Assembly (NCBI GenBank): GCA_965222645.1
Contig: OZ244968.1
Coordinates: forward strand, 5,386,008 to 5,450,007
Origin: Saprospiraceae bacterium
GTDB taxonomy: Bacteria; Bacteroidota; Bacteroidia; Chitinophagales; Saprospiraceae
DNA length: 64,000 nucleotides
Direction of reading: 5' to 3'
Within the stretch, counting starts at the first letter, position 1. Every line of letters begins with the position of its first letter. A program made the position numbers and the translations under genes. Positions 19,329 through 30,195 of this stretch are shown here, piece by piece. A model generated the notes under the pieces. That model saw only the letters and a program-made list of their open reading frames with translations, searched no databases and was not told the origin of the DNA.

Positions 19329-20792
19329 CTAGGCATTGTAAGTGGTGGAAGCCGTACCACCGCCTCGACCAGTCCAGTCAGTATGAAAGAATTCGCCTTT
19401 CGGCTTATCTAACCGCTCGTATGTATGTGCTCCGAAATAGTCTCTTTGAGCCTGGAGCAGATTGGCAGGTAATCGCGCTGTGCGATATCCGTCGTAGTAT
19501 GTCAAGGCAGATGCAAATGCGGGGACGGGAATGCCCTGAGCTATAGATGTGCTAACGACATTCCTCCAGCTGGTCTGGGCATCTGACAGTTTTTCCTGAA
19601 AATAACTGTCCAAAAGCAGATTGTTAAGATTTCGATCTTTATCAAATGCGTCTTTGATATTTTTCAAAAAGACCGATCGAATAATGCATCCCCCTCTCCA
19701 CACTTGTGCAATTGCCCCATAATTTAGACTCCAGCCATATTCCTTTGCAGCTTCACGCATCAATACAAATCCCTGGGCGTAGGAAATTATTTTAGATGCC
19801 AAAAGGGCTTGACGTATATCCTCGACGAAGACTTTTTTATCTCCATTAAATACCGGACTAGGCCCATCTAAAATCTTGGATGCATTTAGGCGCTCTTCTT
19901 TTTGTGCTGATATGCACCGTGCAAACACCGCTTCTCCTATCATCGTAAGAGGTATACCCAGATCAAGAGCGGTTATCGCAGTCCACTTTCCCGTTCCCTT
20001 TTGCCCTGCCGTATCCAGGATTTTTTCGAGTAAGGGCTCTCCATTTTCCTTGTACCCCAGTATGTCACTTGTGATCTCGATGAGATAACTATTTAACTCT
20101 CCCTGATTCCATGCTGCAAAAACATGATGCATTTCCTCGGCTGACATTTTTAACAACACTTTCATGATATAATACGCTTCACAAATCAGCTGCATATCTC
20201 CATACTCAATCCCATTATGTACCATTTTTACAAAGTGGCCCGCACCATTTTCTCCAATCCAATCACAACAGGGCTCACCATTTACTTTGGCAGAAATTGC
20301 TTGCAAGATCGGTTTTACCATTGGCCATGCTTCTCTTGATCCACCCGGCATAATGGACGGACCAAGAAGTGCACCTTCTTCACCGCCAGATACCCCTGTA
20401 CCAATATAAAGCATGTCCTTGCTCTCCAGCAGTTGCGTCCTCCTGTTTGTATCGGGAAAATGAGTATTCCCACCATCGATTAGAATATCTCCTTTTTCGA
20501 GAAGTGGGCAGAGTTTTTCTATCATTTCATCCACTGCTGCTCCTGCTTTAATCATCATTATGATTTTTCGGGGACGTTCAATCGATTGGACAAATTCCTG
20601 GAGGTCATCCGAACCACGAAAGTTTTTATTCACACCTCGACCATTTATGAATTTTTGGACAATGCCTTCTTCAATGCCAGGCACTGTGCGGTTGTACACA
20701 GAGACAGTAAAACCTTTTGATTCCATATTTAAGGCCAGGTTTTCTCCCATTACAGCCAGGCCTATAACACCGATATCTGATTTATCTTTCAT
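19329..20792 (-). CDS. gnd: 6-phosphogluconate dehydrogenase, decarboxylating
   Basis: 487 aa. GVIGLAVMGENLALN NAD(P)-binding start. Conserved blocks IDGGN, GTGVSGGEEGA, GAGHFVKMVHNGIEYGDMQLI, KGTGKWT, RDYFGAHTYER. Confidence 0.95.
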   Translation of the reverse strand: MKDKSDIGVIGLAVMGENLALNMESKGFTVSVYNRTVPGIEEGIVQKFINGRGVNKNFRGSDDLQEFVQSIERPRKIIMMIKAGAAVDEMIEKLCPLLEKGDILIDGGNTHFPDTNRRTQLLESKDMLYIGTGVSGGEEGALLGPSIMPGGSREAWPMVKPILQAISAKVNGEPCCDWIGENGAGHFVKMVHNGIEYGDMQLICEAYYIMKVLLKMSAEEMHHVFAAWNQGELNSYLIEITSDILGYKENGEPLLEKILDTAGQKGTGKWTAITALDLGIPLTMIGEAVFARCISAQKEERLNASKILDGPSPVFNGDKKVFVEDIRQALLASKIISYAQGFVLMREAAKEYGWSLNYGAIAQVWRGGCIIRSVFLKNIKDAFDKDRNLNNLLLDSYFQEKLSDAQTSWRNVVSTSIAQGIPVPAFASALTYYDGYRTARLPANLLQAQRDYFGAHTYERLDKPKGEFFHTDWTGRGGGTASTTYNA

Positions 20793-23633
20793 TTTCTAAT
20801 ATTGAATTTTTCACTAGAAAGGCGATTGCCATATTTCTTCCGTTTTTTCACCACACAATGTATAAATTATATCCTCTTTTCCACTTTTTTGGAAACTAAA
20901 TGTTATTCTTTATTTTTTGTGATCAAAAAAGAAGTGAAAAAGTATTGCAATAAGGATTTTCGCTTATTTCTTGATCATTCTTAAGTGATCTTCTTTGCTT
21001 ACCTTCAGAGCAACAGGCTGTATGGCCACCATTCAAGGTCGATCAAAGGGATTGCCAGGTGGTATAGCTCGGGATCATTTCTTGCGTGTATGACTGCTTT
21101 GAATGATAGCTTAAAATTCCTCTTCAACGAAATAGGTTATTTTTGGAATGTTTAGGAAGGTGGTTTCAGAGTCCCCCAGGAAGTTCCACTACTGGCCTTT
21201 GATCCCTGAGCCAGGCTCTAACTTTCATAGTGGTGAAGTCTATCACTTGTGATCTGATTTTGTCTGTATTCATGCTCCTCAACTCTTTTCTGCTGGGTAA
21301 AATCTCACGCTGCGACCCAAGTGTGGGACCCCACCTACGGATGCAAAGTCGGTGGCATCAAAACTATTTTAGGACTTTTATGCGAGCGCTCTCAAAGACC
21401 TTTGAAAAAGGTCTAATCCCGGCCTTATTTTTTTTAGTGATAAAATGCCAAAAAACTGTTAAGAACTTTAAAGTGTTTGAACGATTAGAACTTTCATCGA
21501 AAATCTAACGTGAATAAAAGCAATCCGATATAGTACATCAGGATTTATGTGAGTTTTTAAAGTTTAGGTTTTTTGGGCTTTTATTGCGTTAGGAAAAAAA
21601 TATAGCCGGTGGTTTTATCAAACTTTTGCCACCAAAAGTTTGCCCTGCCGGAGGCAAGAATGCATTTAGTGGTTTGTCACATTATTCGCCAAAAGACACC
21701 GTAGCCTCTTTATCCAGATCGTAGCCACCAACAACTTGGATGTCAGGAATGGCAGCCTCAAACAGGCTAAGAAGTTGAATTCCTACTTACTTTTAGGCCC
21801 CAAGGCTCACTTCGGCATCACTCTTTTACCTCACCCTTTTTGTCCTATTTTAACGGCAAAATATCTAAGGTGCTGTAGGCATGCTCCGCATACCTGTCGG
21901 ATGACTCTCCACTTTTTGACAATATCATTCATTCTTTTTTGTGACCAAAAAAGAACCAAAAAAGGTCTTTCGCTGAAGATCTTTTGCCTACTAGGCCAAA
22001 CCCACCCGCTCGTGATCCCAGCCGTTCGGTTTTTCGATCATCACTTTGTTGTGCTTGACCGGAAGTTGATATGCCTGTCTTCTTTTACGTTCCCAAATGC
22101 TCACTTCGGCATCACTCCTTTACCTTGCACTCTTTGTCCTATTTTAACGGCAAAATATCTAAGGCGATGTAGGCATGCTCCGCATGCCTGGTTGGTCGCT
22201 CGCTGTAGGGTTTATATGCAGTTTAATATGGACTGTTGTTCATCTCATTACTTCTTATAGACAAATCAGACGGAATACATTTGTGATCTCCGCCTAAGGA
22301 TGCGAAGTCGAGGTCATCAAAACTATTTTAGGACTTTTATGCGAGCGCTCCCAAAGACCTTTGTAAAAGGTCTAATCCCGGCCTTATTTTTTTTAGTGAT
22401 AAAATGCCAAAAAACCGTTAAGAACTTTAAAGTGTTTGAACGAGTAGAACTTTCATTGAAAATCTAACTTGAATAAAAGCAATAGGATATAGTACGTCAA
22501 GATTTAAGTGAGTTTTTAAAGTTTAGGTTTTTTGGGCTTTTATTGCGTTAGGAAAAAAATGTAGCCGGTGGTTTTATCAAACTTTTGCCAACAAAAGTTT
22601 GCCCTGCCGGAGGCAAGAATGCATTTAGCGGTTTGTGACATTATTCGCCAGAAGATACCATAGCCTCTGTATCCAGATCGTAGCCACCAACAACTTGGAT
22701 GTCAGGAATGGCAGCCTCAAACAGGCTAAGAAGTTGAATTCCTACTTACTTTTAGGCCCCAAGGCTCACTTCGGCATCACTCCTTTACCTTGCCCTCTTT
22801 GTCCTACCTTAACGGCAAAATATCTAAGGCGATGTAGGCATGCTCCGCATGCCTGGTTGGTCGCTCGCTGTAGGGTTTATATGCAGTTTAATATGGACTG
22901 TTGTTCATCTCATTACTTCTTATAGACAAATCAGACGGAATACATTTGTGATCTCCGCCTAAGGATGCGAAGTCGAGGTCATCAAAACTATTTTAGGACT
23001 TTTATGCGAGCGCTCCCAAAGACCTTTGAAAAAGGTCTAATCCCGGCCTTATTTTTTTTAGTGATAAAATGCCAAAAAACCGTTAAGAACTTTAAAGTGT
23101 TTGAACGAGTAGAACTTTCACCGAAAATCTAACTTTGAGTAAAAGCAATCCGATATAGTACGTCAAGATTTATGTGAGTTTTTAAAGTTTAGGTTTTTTG
23201 GGCTTTTATTGCGTTAGGAAAAAAATATAGCCGGTGGTTTTATCAAACTTTTGCCAACAAAAGTTTGCCCTGCCGGAGGCAAGAATGCATTTAGCGGTTT
23301 GTGACATTATTCGCCAGAAGACACCGTAGCCTCTGTATCCAGATCGTATCCACCAACAACTTCGATGTCAGGAATGGCAGCCTCTAACAGGCTAAGAAGT
23401 TGAATTCCTACTTACTTTTAAGCCTCAAGGCTCACTTCGGGATCACTCTTTTACCCCACCCTTTTTGGCTATTTTAACGGCAAAACATCAAAGGTGCTGT
23501 AGGCATGCTCCGCATACCTTTAGGATGACTCGTAATTGGGTTGATGAGTAGGTTTTGTTAATATTTTGGCTTATAATCACTTGATATTAATGCAATGTCT
23601 TTTGTTGATCAAGTCCATTTGATGAAATTCTCT
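20793..23633 (+). repeat. Gene-free mosaic repeat block B, including about 3 tandem ~665-bp units (M3-M4-M2)
   Basis: The M2 anchor TTTGTCCTA(T/C)(T/C)TTAACGG is at 21838, 22133, 22798 and 23463 (variant), giving spacings of 295, 665 and 665. GGATGCGAAGTCG is at ~21339, 22301 and 22964. An extra M5+M2 insert lies at 21900-22260. The left part, 20990-21680, duplicates 16168-16860. Confidence 0.85.
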
Positions 23634-24908
23634 CTACACAGTAAATCTGCCTTTATAAGCCCATAGGCCCAGTGCGGGATTTGAGATAAAATAAATCTCT
23701 TCTCCGGAGGGCAATGTATTAAACCCGTCTAGCAGGGTTCCGAGATCATACTTTTCGAGCATTTTATTGAGATCGGCATAGCGATAGTGTACGCTTTCGA
23801 TTTCCTCCCTGGTGAGATTTCCAGGGCAGTATGTGATTGAAAATCGACCCTCGCTGCTGGAATGCATAATATGTGCAGCTGCGCTTAAATTATTGCGTAG
23901 ATCTTGATTTTCTTCCAAAGCTTTTAATGTGGCTGGAGTACCGCAATAGCCATATTTTCTAATAAGTCTGTCTATCTCGCTGTCCTCACCAAATTCGGAT
24001 AGTCCAGGTGCCAGTACGATAAGCTCCCCATTATCGGCCATCGCCAATCTCGTGCGATAAATACTTTTATTACCCAACCAGGTAGTTTTGAATTCGGCAG
24101 GATCTAAATAAACAATAACTTTTTCCAATGGCTGGTCAAACAAAGTAAAATTGACCTTTAGAGATAATTCGGCTGCCAAATGAAAAACTTCAACCGTGTC
24201 TCCGATGAACAATCCCCGGGTTACCAATTTACCATCCTCACTTAGAGCAACGACCGTCAATATATAAACGACTGGTAATTCTTTAATAAAATGATCAGAT
24301 GCATAATTCAATAAATCCCTAACAGGATTTTTTGCCCGTCCCAACACGTTTTCAATACCAAATGCGGCACCAACAAAGTGGCTCTGATTTATTCCCGCTG
24401 AGCCACCGGTGCCGACAAAGAGATTTTTATTGTAATTGGCCATACCCATAACTTCGTGGGGAACAACCTGGCCAACAGATAGGATGAGATCATGACCTCC
24501 AGAATAAATTAAATTATTTAATTGCGCAGGCCAATCCGACTCGACCAGGCCTCCTGTCATCTCTTTGACCTGTTCTCCCGGGATGGTGCCTACTGTTACG
24601 ACATCGTTTCTCCAATCATGAACACGAAATAACTCATGGGGGATGCCGGGATACATTTTATCTATCTCTGTGGCCGTCATAGGTTTGTGTGTACCCAGTG
24701 CCGGCATGATGTCCGTCAGAGCGCGGTCATAATGTTCGTGAATAAAAGTCGTAATCAATCCTGCGCCAGAGTGTAGTCTGGTAATATCAGGAGGTACGGC
24801 GATCACCTTTTTTCGAGCGCCCAACTTTTCCAAAGTGGAAAAAACAGCATTTTTGATATCCTCTCGCGATAAATCTGTTGTGCTACTTCCTGTTTGATAA
24901 TAAATCAT
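23634..24908 (-). CDS. LarA-like (lactate racemase N-terminal domain / DUF2088) protein
   Basis: 424 aa. The N-terminal region ...KKVIAVPPDITRLHSGAG... and overall length resemble DUF2088/LarA-family proteins found next to sugar-acid kinases. Motif memory only. Confidence 0.5.
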   Translation of the reverse strand: MIYYQTGSSTTDLSREDIKNAVFSTLEKLGARKKVIAVPPDITRLHSGAGLITTFIHEHYDRALTDIMPALGTHKPMTATEIDKMYPGIPHELFRVHDWRNDVVTVGTIPGEQVKEMTGGLVESDWPAQLNNLIYSGGHDLILSVGQVVPHEVMGMANYNKNLFVGTGGSAGINQSHFVGAAFGIENVLGRAKNPVRDLLNYASDHFIKELPVVYILTVVALSEDGKLVTRGLFIGDTVEVFHLAAELSLKVNFTLFDQPLEKVIVYLDPAEFKTTWLGNKSIYRTRLAMADNGELIVLAPGLSEFGEDSEIDRLIRKYGYCGTPATLKALEENQDLRNNLSAAAHIMHSSSEGRFSITYCPGNLTREEIESVHYRYADLNKMLEKYDLGTLLDGFNTLPSGEEIYFISNPALGLWAYKGRFTV

Positions 24909-24939
24909 TCTATTTATATCCCTAATCTGAAAAAACTGA

Positions 24940-26019
24940 TTACCTTTTTACACGTGCATTTCCTTCCCAAATACTCCACACCATTTCTTCATCGGTGGGA
25001 CGAGCATAGTCGGTAAATAGCGTTGTGGCCAGTGCCCCGGTAGCCCATCCAAACTGTGCCCACTTTTCCGCTTCCCAATCTCTGAGGATAGCATACAAAA
25101 CACCTCCGACAAATCCATCACCTCCCCCAATTCTATCTAAAATCTCGATTTTCCTTGGCTCAATTACATGCCATTTGTCACCTTCACTAAGTATTGCACC
25201 CCAAAGATGTTCATTGGCACTTACCACTTGCCGCAACGTCGTGGCAAAAACAGAGGCTCCCGAAAATTTAGCCTTAGCACGGCCAATCATTTCTTTGAAT
25301 CCATCTATTTTTGACTTTAGGCCTTCCCCACCGGCTGGCGGACCCTCAATACCCAAGCACAATTGAAAATCCTCTTCATTCCCAACGAGTATGTCTGCCA
25401 AGGAGGCAATTTCGGTAAATATCGCATGAAGCTCTTCCTTCCTGCCCTTCCAAAAAGAAGCCCGGTGATTTAGATCAAAGGAAATCAGTGATCCGTATTT
25501 TTTTGCCGTTCTGGCGATTTCAAGACAAAACTTACTTGTATCTTTTGAAAGTGCCCCGATAAGACCGGACAAGTGAACAATCTGTACTCCTTCGGAGCCG
25601 AAAATCCGATCCAGGTCAAAATCACCGGCCTTCAGTGATCGGCCCACTTCACCCGCTCGATCGTTCTGAACTCGTGGACCGCGAGTGCCAAATCCACAAT
25701 CTGCAATGTTGATTTGATGGCGATATCCCCAGGGACCTCCCTGTTCTACTTCTGGTCCTTCAAAATCCATATGTCTTGCTCCCAGATCACTCTTGATGTA
25801 ATCTGCTATCGGACTGTGCTTTACGAATGCCGTCAGCACTTTTACCGGAAGACCTAGAAAAGAGGAAACACTTGCAACATTTGATTCTGCGCTGGTTGCG
25901 TGCATTTTAAACAGGTCACTACTGTACACCGGCTGCCTATCATAGGGTGTAAGTCGGATGCCCATACTTGTGGCTACCAACAGGGAGTATTGACAATCTC
26001 GTTTCAATGTTAAGCTCAT
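24940..26019 (-). CDS. PfkB-family sugar kinase (2-dehydro-3-deoxygluconokinase-like)
   Basis: 359 aa. C-terminal PfkB signature DRIGGGDGFVGGVLYAIL, and an NxxE-like LVGNEEDF. Confidence 0.8.
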   Translation of the reverse strand: MSLTLKRDCQYSLLVATSMGIRLTPYDRQPVYSSDLFKMHATSAESNVASVSSFLGLPVKVLTAFVKHSPIADYIKSDLGARHMDFEGPEVEQGGPWGYRHQINIADCGFGTRGPRVQNDRAGEVGRSLKAGDFDLDRIFGSEGVQIVHLSGLIGALSKDTSKFCLEIARTAKKYGSLISFDLNHRASFWKGRKEELHAIFTEIASLADILVGNEEDFQLCLGIEGPPAGGEGLKSKIDGFKEMIGRAKAKFSGASVFATTLRQVVSANEHLWGAILSEGDKWHVIEPRKIEILDRIGGGDGFVGGVLYAILRDWEAEKWAQFGWATGALATTLFTDYARPTDEEMVWSIWEGNARVKR

Positions 26020-26452
26020 TCTATTTTTTAGATTTTATGTGACTGATAATCGCGATTCTTCATAAGGGGATTCTGAAAAAAATTGAAGTGGTAAATAAAT
26101 AAAATATCTTAGTAAGATGACCCAAATCCTTATACGATTTTTCCGTCCGGGGACTTGAAGGGCAAATCCGTGCTTGCCTTTTACATTCGACTAGTGAGGT
26201 TACTCCGGAAATTGCCAATTTCACAAAATGAGTCAATTTTGGATGAGATTTTCACTTTTTTGAGATCGGCTGATGCCTGTGTATCAGGCGATTGAAGAAA
26301 ATGAAAATATTCCTGCCTGGCATGCCTCCAGGCAGACAGGGCCAAAAGAGCCATTTTTGATTTGGCAACCTTTTCGGATTTCTATAGACTTTCCAAACTC
26401 AATTATCACTTTTTTCAAATCGCTCCGCGGGTCAGTTGAAAAAAAAGTATGC

Positions 26453-27454
26453 TCATGCTGCATAGTCAATCTTGTAAGTTCTTTGGTTTTTTACACAAGA
26501 GAAAACCCTACCTACGATCTTGTTACGTATAGCGTTTAAGACCAACATTTTGTTTTTACCTTGTCTGACCTTCCGGATATAGTACGCCTTCATCTCTGGA
26601 TTGTTTCTCACCGAGCTTACAGCGCACATATGTAAGATTGTCTTGAGTGTTTTGTTTGCCATGGGATGGACTTTGGTTCTTCCCCTAAGACTCGATCCTG
26701 AGCTGAATTCGAAGGGAGCAATACCTGCAAAAGATGCCAATTGCTTGGCATTGCTAAAACGTGTAAATCCCCTGGTGTAGACCAGAAGATATGTCGCCGC
26801 AACAAATCCAACGGATTTTACCGAGGTGGCAAGTTCATACTTGACCTTAAGGTCTTCGTTTGATCTGATGGCCTTGAGAATCTTCACCTCTAGAGCTTTT
26901 AGTTCCTCTTTCAAAGCTTCTAAACTCTTGCTACAAGCTTGATGAAGGGCTTCCGATTCACTGACTAACCCAACACTTTTGAGCTCCTTAATCGGCTTGC
27001 TTAAAGACAGTAGTGAGGTCTGTAGTCTTTCTCTAAGTGACAGATAATCAGATATTTGAAGCAGTGCTTTGTCCATCTGTTCATAGGACTTTGCCTTGTC
27101 CTGGTTGCGAAAGGCATAGCTCAGTATGCGTTCAGCATCAATCTCGTCACTTTTTCCCCTTTGGATCCCTCCTGACCACTTTATTTGAACTGGAGTTTCA
27201 ACCCAGACAAATGCTTCCTTTGATTGAAGATAGGTAACCAATAGCCGATGATAAATACCGGTGTTTTCCAAACAGATCAAAGTACTGTTCATTTTCAGCC
27301 CCTGCTTCTTCATCCAATTATACAGTTTATCGAATCCACCTAAATTGTTGGCAAAGCAGGCTTTTCTCACGCTTCGATCAGCTGTATTCTCGCCCAAGGC
27401 TAGATCTATTTTCCTTTTCGATACATCGATGCCCATAATTGAGTCCCATTTCAT
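26453..27454 (-). CDS. IS110-family transposase/recombinase (DEDD RuvC-like N-terminus + Tnp C-terminal domain)
   Basis: MGIDVSKRKIDLAL start and ...LENTGIYHRLL..., with C-terminal SVGFVAATYLL...FSNAKQLASFAGIAPFEFSSGSS..G.TKVHPMANK..K..LHM.A blocks typical of IS110/IS1111. Confidence 0.9.
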   Translation of the reverse strand: MKWDSIMGIDVSKRKIDLALGENTADRSVRKACFANNLGGFDKLYNWMKKQGLKMNSTLICLENTGIYHRLLVTYLQSKEAFVWVETPVQIKWSGGIQRGKSDEIDAERILSYAFRNQDKAKSYEQMDKALLQISDYLSLRERLQTSLLSLSKPIKELKSVGLVSESEALHQACSKSLEALKEELKALEVKILKAIRSNEDLKVKYELATSVKSVGFVAATYLLVYTRGFTRFSNAKQLASFAGIAPFEFSSGSSLRGRTKVHPMANKTLKTILHMCAVSSVRNNPEMKAYYIRKVRQGKNKMLVLNAIRNKIVGRVFSCVKNQRTYKIDYAA

Positions 27455-27485
27455 TTTAATACCTTTAATTGTTTAGAAATTAGCC

Positions 27486-27648
27486 AAATGTCTAAGCATA
27501 CATCTGCGGTCTAATTCCCTGATAATAGGCCTTGGTGCCTCAATTTCTATCTGGACTCTGGATGTAAGATTCACTGAAGGACTAAATCCGAAAATAGGTC
27601 CTTAACCTTTGAGTAAGCTCTAGGTCCCTTCAGTGAAGCTTAGACATT
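27486..27648 (-). ncRNA. Candidate IS110 bridge/seek-type guide RNA (structured leader upstream of the recombinase)
   Basis: Nested inverted repeats: AATGTCTAAGC (27487-27497) pairs with GCTTAGACATT (27637-27647); TTCACTGAAGG (27570-27580) pairs with CCTTCAGTGAA (27626-27636); TACATC (~27499) pairs with GATGTA (~27561). The position is 5' of the recombinase, as in the IS110 subgroup. Confidence 0.35.
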
Positions 27649-27704
27649 CGACGATCGCAAGATCACAACTTTTTTGCTGATGCAAGTCTAAGGGAGTAGG
27701 CTCG

Positions 27705-28529
27705 CTAGTCCAGATCTACGGATCGATATGCTGCAATGAGGGCTGACTCTCCTTCGAGGCCGTCGATAAAATTACCGTGTTCCATACCCAAAATGCCACG
27801 ATATCCCTTATTGTGGATATGTTTAAAGATGTTTTGGTAATTGATCTCGCCCGTGGTGGGTTCGTTTCTTCCGGGATTATCACCGATTTGAAAATAGCCA
27901 ATCTCATCCCAAGCATTATCCATATTGGGGATCAGGTTGCCCTCTTCAATCTGTTGATGATAGATATCAAATAGAATCTTACAGGAAGGGCTATCCACTG
28001 CCCGGCAAATAAAATAACTTTGAGGGATGGTAGTCAGAAAGACTCCGGGGTGATTATAGAAATTGAGGGGCTCCAGCACCATGACAAGGCCATGTGGTTC
28101 GAGAAGTGCAGCGGCTCTCTTCAAGGTTTCGATGACGTGTGCTGTCTGGTATCCAATTTTTACCTTCAGATCCAGCCGGCCAGGTATAGTGGTCATCCAA
28201 GTTGCATTTACGCGCTTTGCCACATCTATGGAGGACTTGATATCATCGAGAAATGCTTGCCTCAAGGATTGATCTGCAGTCGTAATTGTGGGTTGATTAC
28301 TTCTCACTCTTCCTCCTACAAAGACACCCATTCGCATTCCCAGCTGGGCCAAAGTTTGTCCTATTTTGTCCTGCAGCGATTTTTCCTTCCGTTTGAGATT
28401 ATTGTCTTCAAATGCAGTAAAGCCCTGGTCCGCCATAAACTTGATTTGGTCGATGGGGTCTGCACCGGCATGATGTCTAAACATCCCTAGATGGGGAGCA
28501 AAGGCCATTTTAAACTTTTGAATGATCAT
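27705..28529 (-). CDS. Xylose-isomerase-like TIM-barrel protein (hydroxypyruvate isomerase family)
   Basis: 274 aa. Shows the N-terminal FAPHLGMF..., ...LEPLN..., ...FDIYHQQ...GN and ...GYRGILGMEH pattern typical of Hyi-like sugar-phosphate isomerases/epimerases. Confidence 0.7.
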   Translation of the reverse strand: MIIQKFKMAFAPHLGMFRHHAGADPIDQIKFMADQGFTAFEDNNLKRKEKSLQDKIGQTLAQLGMRMGVFVGGRVRSNQPTITTADQSLRQAFLDDIKSSIDVAKRVNATWMTTIPGRLDLKVKIGYQTAHVIETLKRAAALLEPHGLVMVLEPLNFYNHPGVFLTTIPQSYFICRAVDSPSCKILFDIYHQQIEEGNLIPNMDNAWDEIGYFQIGDNPGRNEPTTGEINYQNIFKHIHNKGYRGILGMEHGNFIDGLEGESALIAAYRSVDLD

Positions 28530-28971
28530 AGTTCGTTTTTTCTTTAGGACAACCGTTTTTTGTAATCACCTTATCCTGATAGGTACCTCAAATGCAAGGC
28601 CTGGCCAGCCCCACAAGATCTCAAAAAGTTGAGATCCCAGAATGAAAACAGCGAAAAATTCTTTAGCTGGAATCAATTTTCCAACAGCATTCTTAGCCCC
28701 CTTAGGGTAGAAAAATGATTTTCAAGATTACAATGATGTGCCTTTATTTGAATGATCGAGTGATGGAAACAAGAAAATCTCATGAGCTTATCGAGACATA
28801 GGACGTGACACTCTGGCTACACAAAAATAACCAATGCTAATAAGAAACTGTGACGACAGTGGGATGCCTAAAGTATTTGTGGAAATCTCTATGTTTATGG
28901 CCGATAGAACGGAAAAGTCCTCGAGCCATGGGTGATGTAAATGAGAGTCATCAAATTAAATCAGACGAACA

Positions 28972-30195
28972 ATGCTTGAAAAGGTAATGGAGAATTGGCC
29001 GGAAGAACTGGATCTCAGGAATGAAGAACATGCGGACTTAATCAATAATACTGTTGATTCAATAATAAACCAGGGATACGGTATTGCGAGAATTGAGGCT
29101 ATGGAAGAGGAGCTGCTCACGAAAGGTGACTATGCATCGGTCATTCTTCCACTTTCACTAAAAATTGCGAAGTCTAAAATCATCGCGTCGAAGGTTGCTA
29201 AACCATTATTTATTTCGATCATTTTTGCCATTTACAAGGAGCATAATAGAATTCGAAAAAACGACGAGCATCCACATGGAGAAGACTTTCTTGTCAGAAA
29301 AGTGAGTCAAATTGAATGGTTATTCGGTGATAATTCCAATATCAACTGGGAGCTTGTGGTAGTCGACGACGGTTGCCCGGAAAACAGTGGAAAAATTGCC
29401 CAGGCTATTGTAGACAAGTACAATCTCAATGACCGGGTGCGGGTCGTATATCTCAAGGATGCGATCGCCCATAAGTATCCTCCTGCCAGGTCATTGCAAT
29501 CAACTGGAGATAGCCAGAAGGGCGGATCGATAATTTACGGGATGTGGGATGTAGTGAGAGAGAAGAAAGGGGAACATCACACCGTCGTTTATACCGATGC
29601 AGATCTGTCTACACATTTGGGTCAATTGATGCTATTAGTCGAGCCTTTGCTGTATGGGGACAAGTTGTGTGCCATAGGATCGAGGAGGGAGTCAAAATCA
29701 GTCGTTATTAAAAAGGGTGCACGAAATAATCGTGGTAAGCTTTTTATTTATTTGTGGAAGAGGCTGATTCCCAATTTAGGAAATATCATAGACACCCAGT
29801 GTGGATTTAAGGCATTCAGGGCTGAGATAATACCAGAGATAATTGATGACTTGATTGAGAAGCGATTTGCTTTTGATATCGAATTACTTGTCAAAACGGA
29901 ATTGCTCAGAGAACAATCTATAGTAAAAATTCCAATTGCATGGATCGACAGTGACGAAGCTTCTACGACCACAGATCTGCAACCTTATTTGCCTATGTTG
30001 AAGGCCATTGTGAAGATGAGTAGAAAATACTTTCCCTACGAGACAGGTGCGGAAGAATTTGCCGGGTTTATTGATTCACTTGATGTGGATAAATTCAATA
30101 AAATTCTGGATAATATACCACAGGAAATTGTGGGGAGAAATCCCAGCGAGTTTACTCAATACGATGAGGTCCGAGCAGCAGATTTTAGAATTTAA
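28972..30195 (+). CDS. Family 2 glycosyltransferase (dolichyl-phosphate beta-glucosyltransferase-like) with N-terminal extension
   Basis: 407 aa. VVVDDGCPENSG (DxD-region Rossmann) and YTDADLS, followed by a QCGFKAF catalytic-loop-like block. Confidence 0.75.
   Translation: MLEKVMENWPEELDLRNEEHADLINNTVDSIINQGYGIARIEAMEEELLTKGDYASVILPLSLKIAKSKIIASKVAKPLFISIIFAIYKEHNRIRKNDEHPHGEDFLVRKVSQIEWLFGDNSNINWELVVVDDGCPENSGKIAQAIVDKYNLNDRVRVVYLKDAIAHKYPPARSLQSTGDSQKGGSIIYGMWDVVREKKGEHHTVVYTDADLSTHLGQLMLLVEPLLYGDKLCAIGSRRESKSVVIKKGARNNRGKLFIYLWKRLIPNLGNIIDTQCGFKAFRAEIIPEIIDDLIEKRFAFDIELLVKTELLREQSIVKIPIAWIDSDEASTTTDLQPYLPMLKAIVKMSRKYFPYETGAEEFAGFIDSLDVDKFNKILDNIPQEIVGRNPSEFTQYDEVRAADFRI

Larger units (their letters stand above)
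26270..27700 (-). mobile_element. IS110-family insertion sequence (boundaries approximate)
   Basis: A single DEDD-type transposase ORF plus ~250 bp of structured upstream leader, sitting between a sugar kinase gene and a TIM-barrel isomerase gene. IS110 elements lack classical inverted repeats, so the ends cannot be fixed by eye. Confidence 0.55.
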
